Source of the DNA: Octopus vulgaris
Lineage: Eukaryota
Assembly (NCBI GenBank): GCA_951406725.2
Contig: OX597830.1
Location: 75,950,001-76,014,000 of the forward strand
Direction: 5' to 3'
Length of the DNA: 64,000 nucleotides
Part shown: positions 25,311 through 39,279 of the stretch, in pieces
Position numbering within the stretch: position 1 is the first letter of the stretch
How the letters are laid out: every line of letters starts with the position of its first letter
Position numbers and translations under genes: made by a program
Notes under the pieces: generated by a model
The model's input: the letters and a program-made list of their open reading frames with translations, nothing else
The model's database searches: none
Told to the model about the DNA's origin: nothing

Positions 25311-26172
25311 AATAATATTGACGACGACGATGACGATGATGATGATGTGGGGGGATGGGGGGAGATGATGGTGGTGGTGGTGGTGGTTTTGGTGGTGGTG
25401 GTGGTGGTGGTGATAATGATGATGATGAGGATGGTGATGATGATGATAAGGATGATGATGATGATAACTTTGGTGGTGGTGTTGCTTTCAAGTTTTGGCA
25501 CACGCCCAGCAATTTTGGGAGTGGAGTAAGTTGATTATGTCAACGGCAGGGCTTAAGTGACACTTTTCTCGTTCCCCGAGGGGATATAAGATACACTCGA
25601 CCTCGGCGGCATTTGAAATCAGAACGTAAAAAAAAGGATGTGTCAATATTATAATAAAATCGTTGCTTAGATTTCCCTCTTGTCATCACTATGTCATACT
25701 CACGTATAACAATTGTTATTCTCAATAGAGGTTAAGTATGCCTCGTAAAATAATGCCTCTGCACTGGAAGATTTATCTTGTATTCTTTCATGAGTAGTGT
25801 ACCTTCAGAAGTTTTGCTTGATTAGGTCTATTGAATCGCAATTTTCTATCACAATGACAGTCGGACTGTGAATGGTAAAGGGGCAGTAAATTCCATTCCT
25901 TTTTCTTCCAGTTGAAAGTTAAGAACTTTGATCAAAGTTTATCCGAAGAGGATAATGAGTGTTAATAGTGTCTTTTTTTTTTACATCTTTTGCTGCAGAG
26001 AGTTGAGCCCATGTGGTGCAAAAGAGCGAAGAGAGAAAAATTAATCCCTGTTCACGGCGCAAACGTGAGTCCGGATGGCCTCTGTGCAAGGACAACCCGA
26101 ACACGGATTGGTGTTGCAAAGTTTTTTTCTTTGTGACCGGTAGAGCGGAATCCGTACATACATACATATATA

Positions 26173-26284
<112 letters not shown>

Positions 26285-26372
26285 TCTATGTATGTATATA
26301 TGTATATACATACATGTACAGGAGTAAATGTAAGGAAAAGCAAGCCAGGCAATTTGATATAGAAAAGATATT

Positions 26373-26725
26373 AAATACATTTAATACAAAAAATATATAT
26401 ATGTTTACATATAAAAAGGTCCGACTTATACAGTATAAAAATGATATCAAGAATTTGGTGGTCAAAAGTAATGATTGATTCTATCTTTAATCTCCTTTTC
26501 GTCAGCACTTCAAATGTAAAATTCTCCCCTGAAGACGGAGGCTGGTTTTGTTCGATGATAAAATCAAGTTACACTCATTATTTTGGACAACCAAGTCCTC
26601 AGAAACAGCTGTTGGACTAGTAAAACTCTCATTCAAGCCCTTTAATTCTTAATATTTCTTTTCTGTGTAAGTTAGACTTTGTTTTTATGTAAACATATGT
26701 AGGTTTTCCGTATTAAATGTATTTT
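26373..26725. mobile_element. PLE end with an inverted partial copy flanking a hammerhead motif (26525-26616)
   Basis: arms aaatacatttaatac..tatgtttacat..gacttatacag / ctgtgtaagttagac..atgtaaacata..gtattaaatgtattt; CTGAAGA 26529, GAAAC 26602, palindromic ACAGCTGT. Confidence 0.7.
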
Positions 26726-26905
26726 ATATATAGACTTGTCTAACTTTTTTTATATATAGACTTGTCTAACTTACTTTCCATTACATTTACTCTTCTACCT
26801 GTTCAAGTTTAAATCTCTTGAGCACTACGAAGTGTACTATATACAAAGAATATCTGTCTCACATCTATGTGTGTGTGTGTCTGTGTGTATGTATATGTAT
26901 ATTTA

Positions 26906-26942
<37 letters not shown>

Positions 26943-27227
26943 CAATGTGTGTGTGTGCTTGTGTGTGCATGAGGATCATTCGCCGTTGTATGCTTTCACT
27001 GTTTAGTTTAGTATATCTGAGATACAGATGGCTTAGCGAGCAAACGTTAATAAATGATATTGTAGAGGGTTCGTTTCATGTTATCGCCTTAATGGAGAAG
27101 AGCGTGAAGAAGGAGGAAGAGAGGGCGGAGGAGCGGAAGAAGAAGAAGAAGAAGAAGAAGAAGAAGAAGAAGAAGAAGAAGAAGAAGAAGAAGAAGAAGA
27201 AGAAGAAGGTGATGATTATGATGATGC

Positions 27228-27260
<33 letters not shown>

Positions 27261-27557
27261 CGATGAAGGCATCGCAGCTAAAATATTGGTTGATGTTCGA
27301 TGACCCTTGTATGAAAGATAAGAGGTGACAAAATTTGTTGAACTATGACACGGCCATGTTTCCACAGAAATAAAGCAGAATCAGACAATATACTATAGTG
27401 ACAAGCAAGGGTTGGATTTTCTATCAAAGTCAACGATAACACACACACACACACACACACACAGATACACACATATATATGTACTTCTATCTGTATATGT
27501 GCGTATTAACATATATATATATTTACATGTGTATATGTCTACATATATATATATTTG

Positions 27558-27613
<56 letters not shown>

Positions 27614-28059
27614 TATGTATGTGTATGTATTTATATGTATTTATAGAGGCATACACAAAAAGCGGAAGAGACAGACAAATATAGATAGAAAAATAGATAG
27701 ATAGATTATGAGGTCAATACGCCAAAAGTTAATCATGCTACAGAGGCACTCAATACCGTTATGTAGAGCAATTGAGAGGTTCGATGACACATGTATCCAC
27801 AATGCAAGAGGAGATATATTCAAAACTTATACTCTATTGAAGGATTTCAGAGATCAAAATGACGGTTATATTTTAGACTCTGACGGAGGGGAAATTTGAG
27901 CCAGAATATCTGGCCATCATTATTGCTTATATCGTAGTATGAGAAAGAGAGAGAGGCAGAGAGAGATGATGATGATGATGATGATGATGAGTGGCTGATA
28001 GATTGGACTGTAGGCATTCGTAGACGAAATGGTGTGGAAAGCATTTGAGTGAAATATAT

Positions 28060-28076
28060 ATGTGTGTGTGTGTGTG

Positions 28077-28107
<31 letters not shown>

Positions 28108-28309
28108 TTGTGTATCTGTGTTTGTCCCCCCAACATAGCTTGACAACCGATGCTGGTGTGTTTACGTCCCCGTAGTGGTTCGGCAAAAGAGATCGATAGA
28201 ATAAGTACTAGGCATCCAAAGAATAAGTCCTAGGGTATATTTGCTCGACTAAAGGCGGTGCTCCAGCATGGCCACAGTCAAATGACTAAAACAAGTGAAA
28301 GAGTAAAGA

Positions 28310-28310
<1 letters not shown>
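28060..28310 (+). mobile_element. SINE family A, 3' half
   Basis: (TG)n-tttgtccccccaacat..aaggcggtgctccagcatggccacagtc. Confidence 0.88.
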
Positions 28311-28347
<37 letters not shown>

Positions 28348-29154
28348 GTTTTGCAAACAACATGCACATGCAACTGCTACCAGTCGAAAGCTCCGCATAT
28401 ATACATACATACACGCACATACATACACACACTTATACATACATACATACACATATATATACTGGAGGTATTTCACTTCAACAACAAGGCTATCAACACA
28501 TTATTCTGGCTAATCTCACCTTAGATACTCTAACAAAAAGAAAACACCCATATCTTATCACCATTTTATTTGCCTTACTTTGAGACTAGAAAGTCCAGAC
28601 TTCTTAATTAAATTAAAGTACACGGAATAGATTTGACAATTAAACAAAAATATATGTAAAACAAAGATAAATGAATTTAAAAACAAGTTCCAATATATGC
28701 TAAGAACAGAGACAAGCAAGATATTCAAATTATAGAAAATTCTCTTTTAATACAACAACTGACATCAATGGGGCCATCTGGTGGCGTATACTCATAATAC
28801 GTTATCATTAATTGATGACCGTTAAGACGGCAAGTTAACAGATTCGCTTGCAGCCGGATAAAATATTTAGCGGCAATTTCTTTCGGCTTTATGTTCTAAG
28901 TTCAAATGCCGTTGAAGTCGACTTTTCCTTCCATCATTTCGAGGTCGATGAAATAACTACCGGTTGAGTATTGTGGTGGATGCAATCGACTAAGCTATCC
29001 TTACCTAAAATTTTAGGTCTTGATGCTATAATAGAAAGGGTTCAGTATTCACAGAGCTGCAATAGAAGCGTTAAAATGCTGCTTGCTGGACTACATTCTC
29101 TGTAGTGTTTAGTTACGTCAATTTATAATCCGAGTTCAAATCCCCTGTTCGGTT

Positions 29155-29330
29155 CTGTATTTATGTACACTATTTAAATTCGATGGATATTTATCCTCAT
29201 CTTGTTTGTTGTTATCACAACGTTTCGACTGATATACCCTCAAGCCTTCTTCGGGTATCTTGGGAACTTTGGAACCTAGGTTCTCATTCCTAAGGTATTT
29301 TTCTTTTTTTTTCGATGTTATTATTACTAA
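29155..29330 (-). mobile_element. PLE-type tail with hammerhead motif (core variant CCGAAGA)
   Basis: minus strand: gataccCGAAGAaggcttgagggtatatcagtcGAAACGTTgtg (about 29215-29260). Confidence 0.65.
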
Positions 29331-29349
29331 TATTATTATTATTATTATA

Positions 29350-29400
<51 letters not shown>

Positions 29401-29483
29401 GTTATTATTATTGTTGTTGTTGTTGTTATTATTGTTGTTATTATTATTATTATCATCATCATCATTATTATTATTATTATTAT

Positions 29484-29979
29484 TGAGTGAGAGAGCAGTG
29501 CATGCCATCAAAGTGGCACTGGGGTAAAATATACGAAGCCCAGTATACCCATCATGACTACCCGTCTGATAAGGGTACACTAGGCACATGCATCACAACC
29601 ATATGTGCGCGACATGGTGATCTCATATTAAAATAAACAGCACATGACCTTGCAGGTGGGGTAACCTGCAGGTCGAGTAACCCATCCCACTCGAAAGGTC
29701 CCTGAATAAGGGTTGTTTAAGGATGTTGAACGAAACACCCATGTTTCCAGAGGTGAGTTATTCAAACCCCAAAGAATCCCTCTCAACACATGGCTATGAT
29801 GCTCCCCCACTACTTCTGCTCGTGATCAGAGATGCACATATCGTCAGCCACTAAGAGACATGCTCAACTGGTTAAGGTCAAACAACTGACAAGCAAATCT
29901 GTGGTATTGAGCAGAATATTTGCTGTAGCCCATCTTTTATACCAAGACAAAACAATGTACATGATAACACTTCCAATCT
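29484..29979 (-). mobile_element. Unclassified ~500 bp insertion in an (AAT)n tract, probable retroelement 3' region
   Basis: high-complexity block bounded on both sides by (TAT)n, with no ORF; strand inferred from the (AAT)n tail. Confidence 0.4.
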
Positions 29980-30030
29980 ATTATTATTATTACTATTATT
30001 CTTATTATTATTATCATTATTACTATTATT

Positions 30031-30100
30031 CAGGTCACTGCTTGGAATCGAACTTGGAATCTTGGAGTTAGGAGCCCGCGCATCTTAACCACTACGCCCA
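30031..30100 (-). pseudogene. tRNA-derived head (Arg-CCT-like anticodon loop) followed by (AAT)n
   Basis: minus strand: GGCGTAGTGGTTAAG (A box) ..GGGCT-CCT-AACTC.. GTTCGATTCC (B box); acceptor stem degenerate. Confidence 0.7.
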
Positions 30101-30602
30101 CCAGAGTAGGAAACAAAATATACAAATAATGCACGGAGATCTGATATTATCGACACAGCTCTCACCTACTTAAATTATATAAGTACGCCGTTTTTATGAT
30201 TGTTTAACTCCAGTCTACCTCTGGTCGAGTGGATCTATGATTGAGGATATTCCAGACTTGATCTCTTCGTTCGTTCCACAGCGCAATTCGCTTCAATTAA
30301 GGCAATAGAAAAGGCAAAGCAAGATCTGAGGTAAACTTGACTGCTATTTTTGTAAGATGAACGAACCTTTCCGTTAGTTTGCAAAATCAATCAATAAATA
30401 ATAATGAAATCAGTAAGAATACTAAACTTTTGGAAAGAAAATTTGAAGATTTTGTGATATCCTTTCCAATTTTTTCGATTTTTTATCTATTTTTATATTT
30501 CAATTTACTAGTGATTTGTACCACTTCTCTGAAGAAAAGAATGACATTATAACAGCATGTATTGTTAAACATGTAGTATATGGTACTGCATCAGGGCATT
30601 TA

Positions 30603-30669
<67 letters not shown>

Positions 30670-30899
30670 TATTATTATTATTATTATTATTATTGTTAGG
30701 GCGGTGACATAACAGAATCCATACCACGTCTGAAAAAATGCCTAGCAGCATTTTTTTCCGACTTTACGTTCGGGGTTCAAATGCCACCAGGATCGACTTT
30801 GCCTTTAACCATTTCGGGATCTATAAAATAAGTACCCGTTGAGGTAATCGAACTACCTCTTCCTGCGAAATTGTTGGTCTTGTACCAAAAGTTGAAACC

Positions 30900-31027
30900 A
30901 TTGTCGTCGTCATCATCATCGTCATCCTCCTCGTCTTCTTCTTCTTCTTCCTCCTCCTCTTCCTCCTCTTCCTCCTCCTCCTCCTCATTATTATTATTAT
31001 TATCATTATTATTACTATTATTATTAC

Positions 31028-31058
<31 letters not shown>

Positions 31059-31069
31059 GTTGTTGTTGT

Positions 31070-31111
<42 letters not shown>

Positions 31112-31319
31112 CATCATTAAGGCGGCGAGCTGGCAGAATCGGTAGCACGCCGGACGAAATGCCGCTACGTTCTGAGTTCAAATTCCGCCGAGGTCGCCGA
31201 GGTCGACTTTGCCTAACCTTTCGGAGTTGATTAAATAAGTACCAGTTACGCACTGGAGTCGATATAATCGACTTAATGCCTTTCCCCAAATATGAGGCCT
31301 TGTGCTTCCATTAGAAAGG

Positions 31320-31375
<56 letters not shown>

Positions 31376-31388
31376 TATTATTATCATT

Positions 31389-31444
<56 letters not shown>

Positions 31445-31469
31445 TATTATCATTATTATTATTATCATT

Positions 31470-31531
<62 letters not shown>

Positions 31532-31535
31532 CATT

Positions 31536-31604
<69 letters not shown>

Positions 31605-31695
31605 ATTATTATCATTATCATGGTTATTATTATTATTATTATTATTATTAATATTATTATTATTATTAATATTATTATTATTACCATCATCATCA
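30900..31695. repeat. Compound trinucleotide tracts (TCG/TCA/TCT/TCC/TTA/TAG, then long TAT/CAT) with a SINE B at 31119-31320
   Basis: direct inspection. Confidence 0.95.
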
Positions 31696-34242
31696 TATTC
31701 ATTGACGATGAGGACTCATATATACTATATAAAATTTGTGATAAAAAAAAGAGGGTTTTATAGAAATGTAGGAGGATGTATATGCATATATAATTACATG
31801 CTTGTATCCTTACTGCACTTGTTCCATCCAACTCAGACTAATTATACAAAAAGCCTCATCCCAGTTCATGTCATTTTCCTCCTCCTCCTCCGTTTCCTCT
31901 ACTTTCACTTTCGTTTTCTTGTCAATGATGATATAGAAAGAAGGTGGAGCCTTCCTCCTTTCCTTCCTTTATTTCCTCATCAATATCATCCAATTTCCTT
32001 TTACTTTCCTTTATACCATTCCTCCTCCTTCCTTCCTTCTTTTCTCCTTCCTATCTCTCTTTCTCCCCTTCTCTCTCTCTCCTTCTCCAATTTTCTTCTC
32101 GTCTTACCCCACCATTTTCTCTCATAGCTTTGAATCTTCTTCTCAAGAAGCCTCTTAATCCGTACTTCATTATCTCTGTTGTTTTATTTAATGGGTTTTT
32201 CTCTCTGTTTTGTCACCTCATCTATAACACAGTAACGCTGTCATTCCTCATATTCTTTCCTTCTTTCCTTCTTGCTTTCTTTTCTCGTTCAATCGTCCAA
32301 TCCTGCTGCAAGTTTGGCATTGCATATGCAGTAACTGCAGTAAGAGAAGCAGTAGCAGTGGTGGTGGTGGTGGTGGTGGTGTTGGTGGTGGTGGTGGTAT
32401 TAGTAGTAGTAGTAGTAGAGAATAGCTTTACACTACTTATCCACTTATCTCCGACACACTCCTTATCACACACCCCGCTATCAGCACCACCACCGCTACC
32501 ACCAGTATCACCACCACCAACAACAACAACAGCAACAACATAAAAAACAAAACTCATCTTGTGACCACAAATGTCACCACCACGATCACATCTAGTGCTA
32601 TTACCACCGAAACCACCTCCAAGACCACCACTACTACCGTTACTACCGCTTAAGCTACTACCATTACTACTGTCATTGCTTCAACCACCACCAAGACCCC
32701 TACCACCATCACCATCTACTACAACCACTAAAACACCACCACTACCACCACTCTCATTGCTTTCACCAATACCAGCACCTTCACCACCATCATCACCAGC
32801 ATCCGCACCAGCTCCTGCGCCATCCGTGCCACGAGCACCCCCAGCACCACTTTCACTACTACCACCACTACCACCGCAACCGCTACAGCAATTAGCACCG
32901 AAACCACTAAAAACAACCACCAGAAAGTACACACATACCATCACCACCACCACCATAACCACAATATTCCCTCCAACCACTCTGTGCAGGTCTTCCTTCA
33001 CCTCCTCCTCCTCCTCCTACTGCTACCGTCAAAAGTGCTAGTTCTGCCTTGTTAGTGCCATGTTGAATCTGATTGGCTGCTTTGGAATAAAAAGTGGGAA
33101 GTTCGAAGAATCCACGCAAACTGCAACAACATCAACAAAGAAATATAATATAAAGAAAAGAAAAAAAAATCACAAGAAAAAGAAGGAGAGTCATAAGTAG
33201 GGAAAGAACTTCATTGGAATATTCCAATAATGTTTGGTATTGTTTTTCTATGATTTTTTCTCCTTTGTTTTTGTTTTCATTGTTTCTTCATTATTGTATG
33301 TTTTATTTCTGCTTTTGTTTTTGTGTTGGTGTTGTTTTTCTTCCGAACAACTTAAGAAGTTCAAGAATTATGCGATAGCATCATTGCATTTCCTGCCAAG
33401 ACATCTTTACCAATGGTTCGCAAAGATTAACCAACTCGATTCCAATTCTCTTTAAGTTCTATTTTAGCTGATTGCCGTATTTCTTGGAAAGAAGTTAAAG
33501 AGATTTTATATCATATATATTATCTCCTTTTCTTGATTTTTATAGCGCTAATTCCTTATTCTTGTTTAAGTAAATTAACCAAAATACATTCTTTCGAGAA
33601 ATTTGTAGAAAACCAGAAATGGGTAACAATAATCATTTAGATGACAAAAATAGATAAGAGATATAGATTCATTCTTCATTTATCTTTAAAAAGTCAATTA
33701 CGACAACATTATTACTTTCCCTATCTATTTATAATTCCTTCAAACATCAGTGCAAGACAGCTTCAAGAATTCCAGGTATATATATCAATTTATTTTTCTA
33801 TCAGCATGTATTATAGATTTCTCTAAAGATTTGGCACACGCCTAAATCATTCATATTTGTCATTCGTTTACTATGTGATAATATAAAATATTTTTGAGCT
33901 TCAGCTTCTGAAAAAATACTTATTTTCTATTATTAATCTTTCTTTGTCTGCATTTAACTGTTCATGCTTGTAACATATGTATCTTTGTACACAAACATAT
34001 ATACATGCATGCATACTTACGTAAATATATTTGTATGGATGTATACATGTATTTGTGTGTAAATATATATATATATGCATATCAGTACATATGCTAGTTT
34101 TTTTTATATGCTAGACTACTGGTGTTAAAATTGATGTTATCAAATTAATATCGAAATTTTTTACGCTCATTTTGATTTTATATATGTGCATATGTATGTA
34201 TATCTGTGTACATATGTATAATTGCGTATATCTGTGTATACA

Positions 34243-34303
<61 letters not shown>

Positions 34304-34541
34304 TTATATATATATATATATATATTTATACGTAAGTGTGCTTATGTCTGTATATGTGTATATGCATGTCTGTATATATACATCGTACATTTGTCGTTTC
34401 TCTTCCTTATTTCTTTTTGCAGCGATTCTCCCTCTATTTCGCGTTTTTTTTTATTTTGTGTTAGCCATACACTATATATTATTCAATATGTAATACGAAC
34501 AGTATGCTCTCTCTCTATCTTACTCTCTGTCTCTGTCTGTG

Positions 34542-34581
<40 letters not shown>

Positions 34582-34764
34582 TATATTTTTCTTCCTGTGT
34601 TTCTTGTTTTTTTTCACATTTTATCCAAATTTTAATTGTTGGGGAAACAAGTGATCAATATCATATATACCCATAAGAAGATATACATGCATTGGTTCGT
34701 GCGTATAGTTATTTGAAAAATTCATTGGAATATATATATATATCCACTTATATATGTATTTATT

Positions 34765-34805
<41 letters not shown>

Positions 34806-35037
34806 GCATATATATATATATACATATTCAAATATGGTGCAGGACGTCCCCAACGGCGCAAATAACGAAATATAGATACAAAAGTGGAAAGTAATTACTG
34901 GACAAAATCGAGTGAAATATGTAAACAGCGAGAAAAATGAAAAACATGATGTGTGTGTATATATATGTATGTATGCATGTATGTATATATGTATGTATGT
35001 ACGTATGTATGTACGTATGCATGCATGTATGTATGTA

Positions 35038-35446
35038 TACTCTTTTACTCTTTGACTGTTTCAGTCATTTGACTGCGGCCATGCTGGAGCACCGCCTTTA
35101 GTCGAGCAAATCGACCCCGGGACTTATTCTTTGTAAGCCCAGTACTTATTCTATCGGTCTCTTTTGCCGAACCGCTAAGTTACGAGGACGTAAACACACC
35201 AGCATCGGTTGTCAAGCAATGCTAGGGGGACAAACACAGACACAAAAACATATACACACACACACACATATATACATATATACGACAGGCTTCTTTCAGT
35301 GTCCGTCTACCAAATCCACTCACAAGGCATTGGTCGGCCCGGGGCTATAGCAGAAGATACTTGCCCAAGGTGCCACGCAGTGGGACTGAACCCGGAACCA
35401 TGTGGTTGGTAAGCAAGCTACTTACCACACAGCCACTCCTGCGCCT
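35038..35446 (-). mobile_element. SINE family A, full length, low divergence
   Basis: nearly identical to 12606-13006 and 10352-10585. Confidence 0.93.
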
Positions 35447-35766
35447 GTATAGTTATGTTTTGCTTAAATATTTTAAATAAGCGGAGTATATTTAGCCATA
35501 TTAATTCAATCTGTGTGTGTGTGTGTATGAGCCTATGTATGTGGATGTGTGCGCGCGTGTGTACATATGCGGGTGCTTCTGTGTGTATGCACATATGAGT
35601 GTGTCAGTTGAGCGCATGTTTATGTGTGTCGAGGAACAGAGATAGCTACATTTGTCAGTAGGTCAGTAAATGTATGTAAGTGTTTGTAGTGTTTTAAATA
35701 CATTTACGTAACACAATATTCATTAACTAAATGCATTTATTCTTTTAAAACTAGTGATGTGTCAGA

Positions 35767-35861
35767 TAGGCTCGAAGCGTTAAAGACTTTTTCACTTCCC
35801 GAGCGTTATACTAATACATCTGTTTGTTGTCTACACCACCTGTCTTTTGTTTTTTGTGAAT

Positions 35862-35865
<4 letters not shown>
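35767..35865 (+). mobile_element. Penelope-like 3' end truncated inside HHR stem II
   Basis: begins taggctcgaagcgttaaagac; the rest matches 413-533. Confidence 0.65.
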
Positions 35866-35922
<57 letters not shown>

Positions 35923-36644
35923 TTATATATATGTATATATATGTACATATATGTATATATATGTATATATATCTATGCATAGATATATATATACATATAC
36001 GCATATATTTATATGCATATCTGTATATATATACATATACGCATATACTTATATGCATATCTATATATATATGCATATATATGTATGCATCCATATTGAT
36101 ATATATGTTAGGAAAGTGAGGGATAGTTTTGATTCAAATCTCTGTTAAGTTCTTGGTTACCAGGATGGATGGAATTGTGAACTCACTCATTGTCCTTGTA
36201 CGGGTGCAACCAACCCGAATTAAATGACTCTGTCCTTTTTGCGACGATATCTTCCTGAACACTCTCAAAGCATCGTCAATGTGCCTTTTGTTCACTGTGT
36301 GTAAAGAAGGAATGCAGTGTGTGCGCGGATGAAGCCCTTTCTGTCGATAAAAATGGTATCATCACGATGTTCCCGATGGACTTACTTTGCTTGGCCCCTT
36401 TGTGCCATCGAAAAATCAGTATCAGGCATTTCATAAGTTTCTGTAGCTTTTATAGTAAGGCGAGAATCCAGATTGTCTTCACTCCCCCGACTGCATTCTG
36501 AAAAATAGTCAATTCTAACAAGCAGGGTTCAGTTGGGTATATTCAAAGTGTTACAGCCGTTTCCTTCAATATGAAATTAAAAAGAAACAAACTGGCCGGT
36601 CAGCTTGTTAGATCTATAGTAATGATATATATATATATAAGTTC

Positions 36645-36793
36645 AGTAAAAACTTAGATTCAGTCGACTATGGTACTTAAGTTAAAGGTACCAAAATTTT
36701 GTATGGTATTATCCATATAATTCAAAATGGGGTGATTATAATCAAAATAAGCAACAAGGATATCGAAAGGGTATCCTTGTTGTTTATTTTGAT

Positions 36794-36800
<7 letters not shown>
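36645..36800. mobile_element. PLE-end homologue of 13620-13830 with a short fold-back
   Basis: ttttgtatggtattatcc..ggggtgattataat..aagcaacaaggatatc-gaaag-ggtatccttgttgtttatttttgattata. Confidence 0.6.
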
Positions 36801-36829
<29 letters not shown>

Positions 36830-37412
36830 ATCATAATCATATGAGTTACAAATATTGTCATCTGTGGAGACATTTTTTGTAGTAAAAGGAAATAGCAGTC
36901 CTCTGGCTGCTATTTCTAAAATTTTCGGTATGTGGTCAAGCAACTTGTTGCAAAGACCCTTATTGTTATAATTATATATATATATACATATACTATATTT
37001 ACAATAACCTAGGGCATTTATAACTGCCTCTCATAAAAAATCCCAAGACATCTAGAATGCATTTTGCGTGTAATACCTGTGTGTATGTGTGTGTGTGTGA
37101 CTCTATGAGTGAGCGTACGTATATATGTGTCTATATATGTATATTAGGTATTCTCATATGAAATGTAATTACAAAAATCCAAAAGACATATCGTGTATAT
37201 TAAGTATCGTTTACCGTGACATTAAAGAAGTAATCAGAGGTCAAGCAAAAAAATATAATGTATGTTAATATATGCGAGTAAATGTCGTATAGAGTACAAG
37301 AGAAGGAAAATATTCAGTAGCATACTCTAGTATATTTCTATCCACATACACAGTGTTTATGAAATATATACACAATCGTGTATGTACGTATGTGAGTATA
37401 CATACACACAAA

Positions 37413-37457
<45 letters not shown>

Positions 37458-37492
37458 ACATAATAGCACACACACACACATATATATATATA

Positions 37493-37963
37493 AGTGCAGG
37501 AGTGGCTGTGTGGTAAGTAGCTTGCTTACCAACCTCATGGTTCCGGATTCATTCTCACTGCGTGGCACCTTGGGCAAGTGTCTTCTATTATAGCTAAACT
37601 TTGTGAGTGGATTTGGTAGAAAGAAATCCCGTTGTATGTATGTATGTATGTATGTATGTATGTATGTATGTATGTATGTATGTATGTATGTGTGTATGTA
37701 TGTATGTATGTACGTACGTACGTATGTATGTATGTATGTATGTATGTATGTAGGAATGTATAAATGTATGTATGTATATATGTATGTTTGTCCCCCCCCC
37801 CCACAACATCGCTTGACAACCGATGCTGGTTCGGCAAGAGAGACCGATAGAATAAATACTAGGTAAACAAAGAATAAGTCCTGGGTGTCAATTTGCTCGA
37901 CAAAAAGCGGTGCTCCAGCATGTCCGCAGTGAAATGACTGAAACAAATGAAAGAATAAAAGAA
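37493..37963 (+). mobile_element. SINE family A with an internal (TATG)n expansion
   Basis: head, (TATG)n and tail present. Confidence 0.88.
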
Positions 37964-39279
37964 AATCAGATACCAGTTAACTCACTTTCTAATTTTGGCT
38001 CCTGCAGGCATTCCGATCAATAAATGGGGTGAATTTTCCAGTAACCTTGTTCTATGTAGATTGACCATAAATATCATAAGAATGGAGTCTATAGGCGTTT
38101 GTATTGTGAACCACCCGAAAATATAGAAAATCTCCCCTATCTCTGCCCAGCGCACTTATAAAATTCTTTTCAAATTAAGATATTCCCACACGTCCGTGCT
38201 AAATCATCTGAGCAATCAAATCATTATCTATCCAAAAACATTTGAACATTCAAGAGATTTTTTCGCGCCTTTGCTCCTAGGCACTCGCCCATTTCATTCC
38301 GAGTTATTCCGTGACAGAGATTCTGAAACTGGCAATTAACAGGTGCCCTTAAAATAGTATAAGTGAAGGTTTTATCCCGTCACCCTTTCTCAATGAAAAA
38401 TACAAAATAAGGATTTCTACCCATATATTTCTTGTCTCTCAGCTATGTTGCCGAACTAGTAAAAACAATTGAAAATACAAAATTGGAATTATAATGTACA
38501 GTAGAGTTTGATTCCGCATCTGTGAACTGGAGAGAACTAGAATGAATAAAGGGTGAAGTGCGTTACCAAATATACTTCCTTGCCTGAAGATTTAGAGGAG
38601 GGGAGGAAAATGCGATCAGTTATACCTTTGTATTTCCCTGAAAAAAGCAAAAAAGCGGGGCTTTTATATGCCTTTAAAAGATGAATTTGATAAGGACTAG
38701 TTAGGTAAGTGGCCGAAGGTCTGTTACATCGGACAGGACTGAGTTCTTGGCCCGATAAAATTTGTATTCAAAACTAAGGTGGAGGCGAGGCTCAGTGACA
38801 GTCAGAGCTCTTGTGATAAACGCCAGATCAAAATTTTACGCCCAGACATACAGAGCGAAGGAGCTTAAGAGTCATGGTTAGAAGTGTGGGCGAAATTAAC
38901 ATATGAATGATAATTACTTTCGACAAAGTAATTGTTGCGAGAACGAGCGGCCCCAAATTGAATTTGGGCAGACATCGAGATTGAACTACAAATCGTAGTA
39001 GCCTAAAGATATATATATATATATAATATTTAGGATTCGTCTATTAAATCAATCAGATCAGTAGTGCAGGACAGGTAAACCCACGTGGTACAAGTGAGGT
39101 GTCAATGACTACCACCAAAGAGGAAACAATAAACCACAAAACTCATAAAATATCAGATTTCCCACATAAAAGAAAGAAAGACACTGAGTAAGAATATTTC
39201 GTATTTGCATTTGGTTTGAAGGATTCGTAACATGAACTGAACGCTTAATCAACCAATCCATTAAATTTGTTGTTTAAAT

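Noticed and set aside
30031-30100. Functional tRNA gene
   Set aside because: The acceptor stem cannot be formed; it is best read as a SINE head or pseudogene.
32571-33041. Proline/threonine-rich mucin- or extensin-like ORF
   Set aside because: Degenerate (CCA/CTA/CAA)n low-complexity DNA that is open on both strands, with no supporting gene structure.
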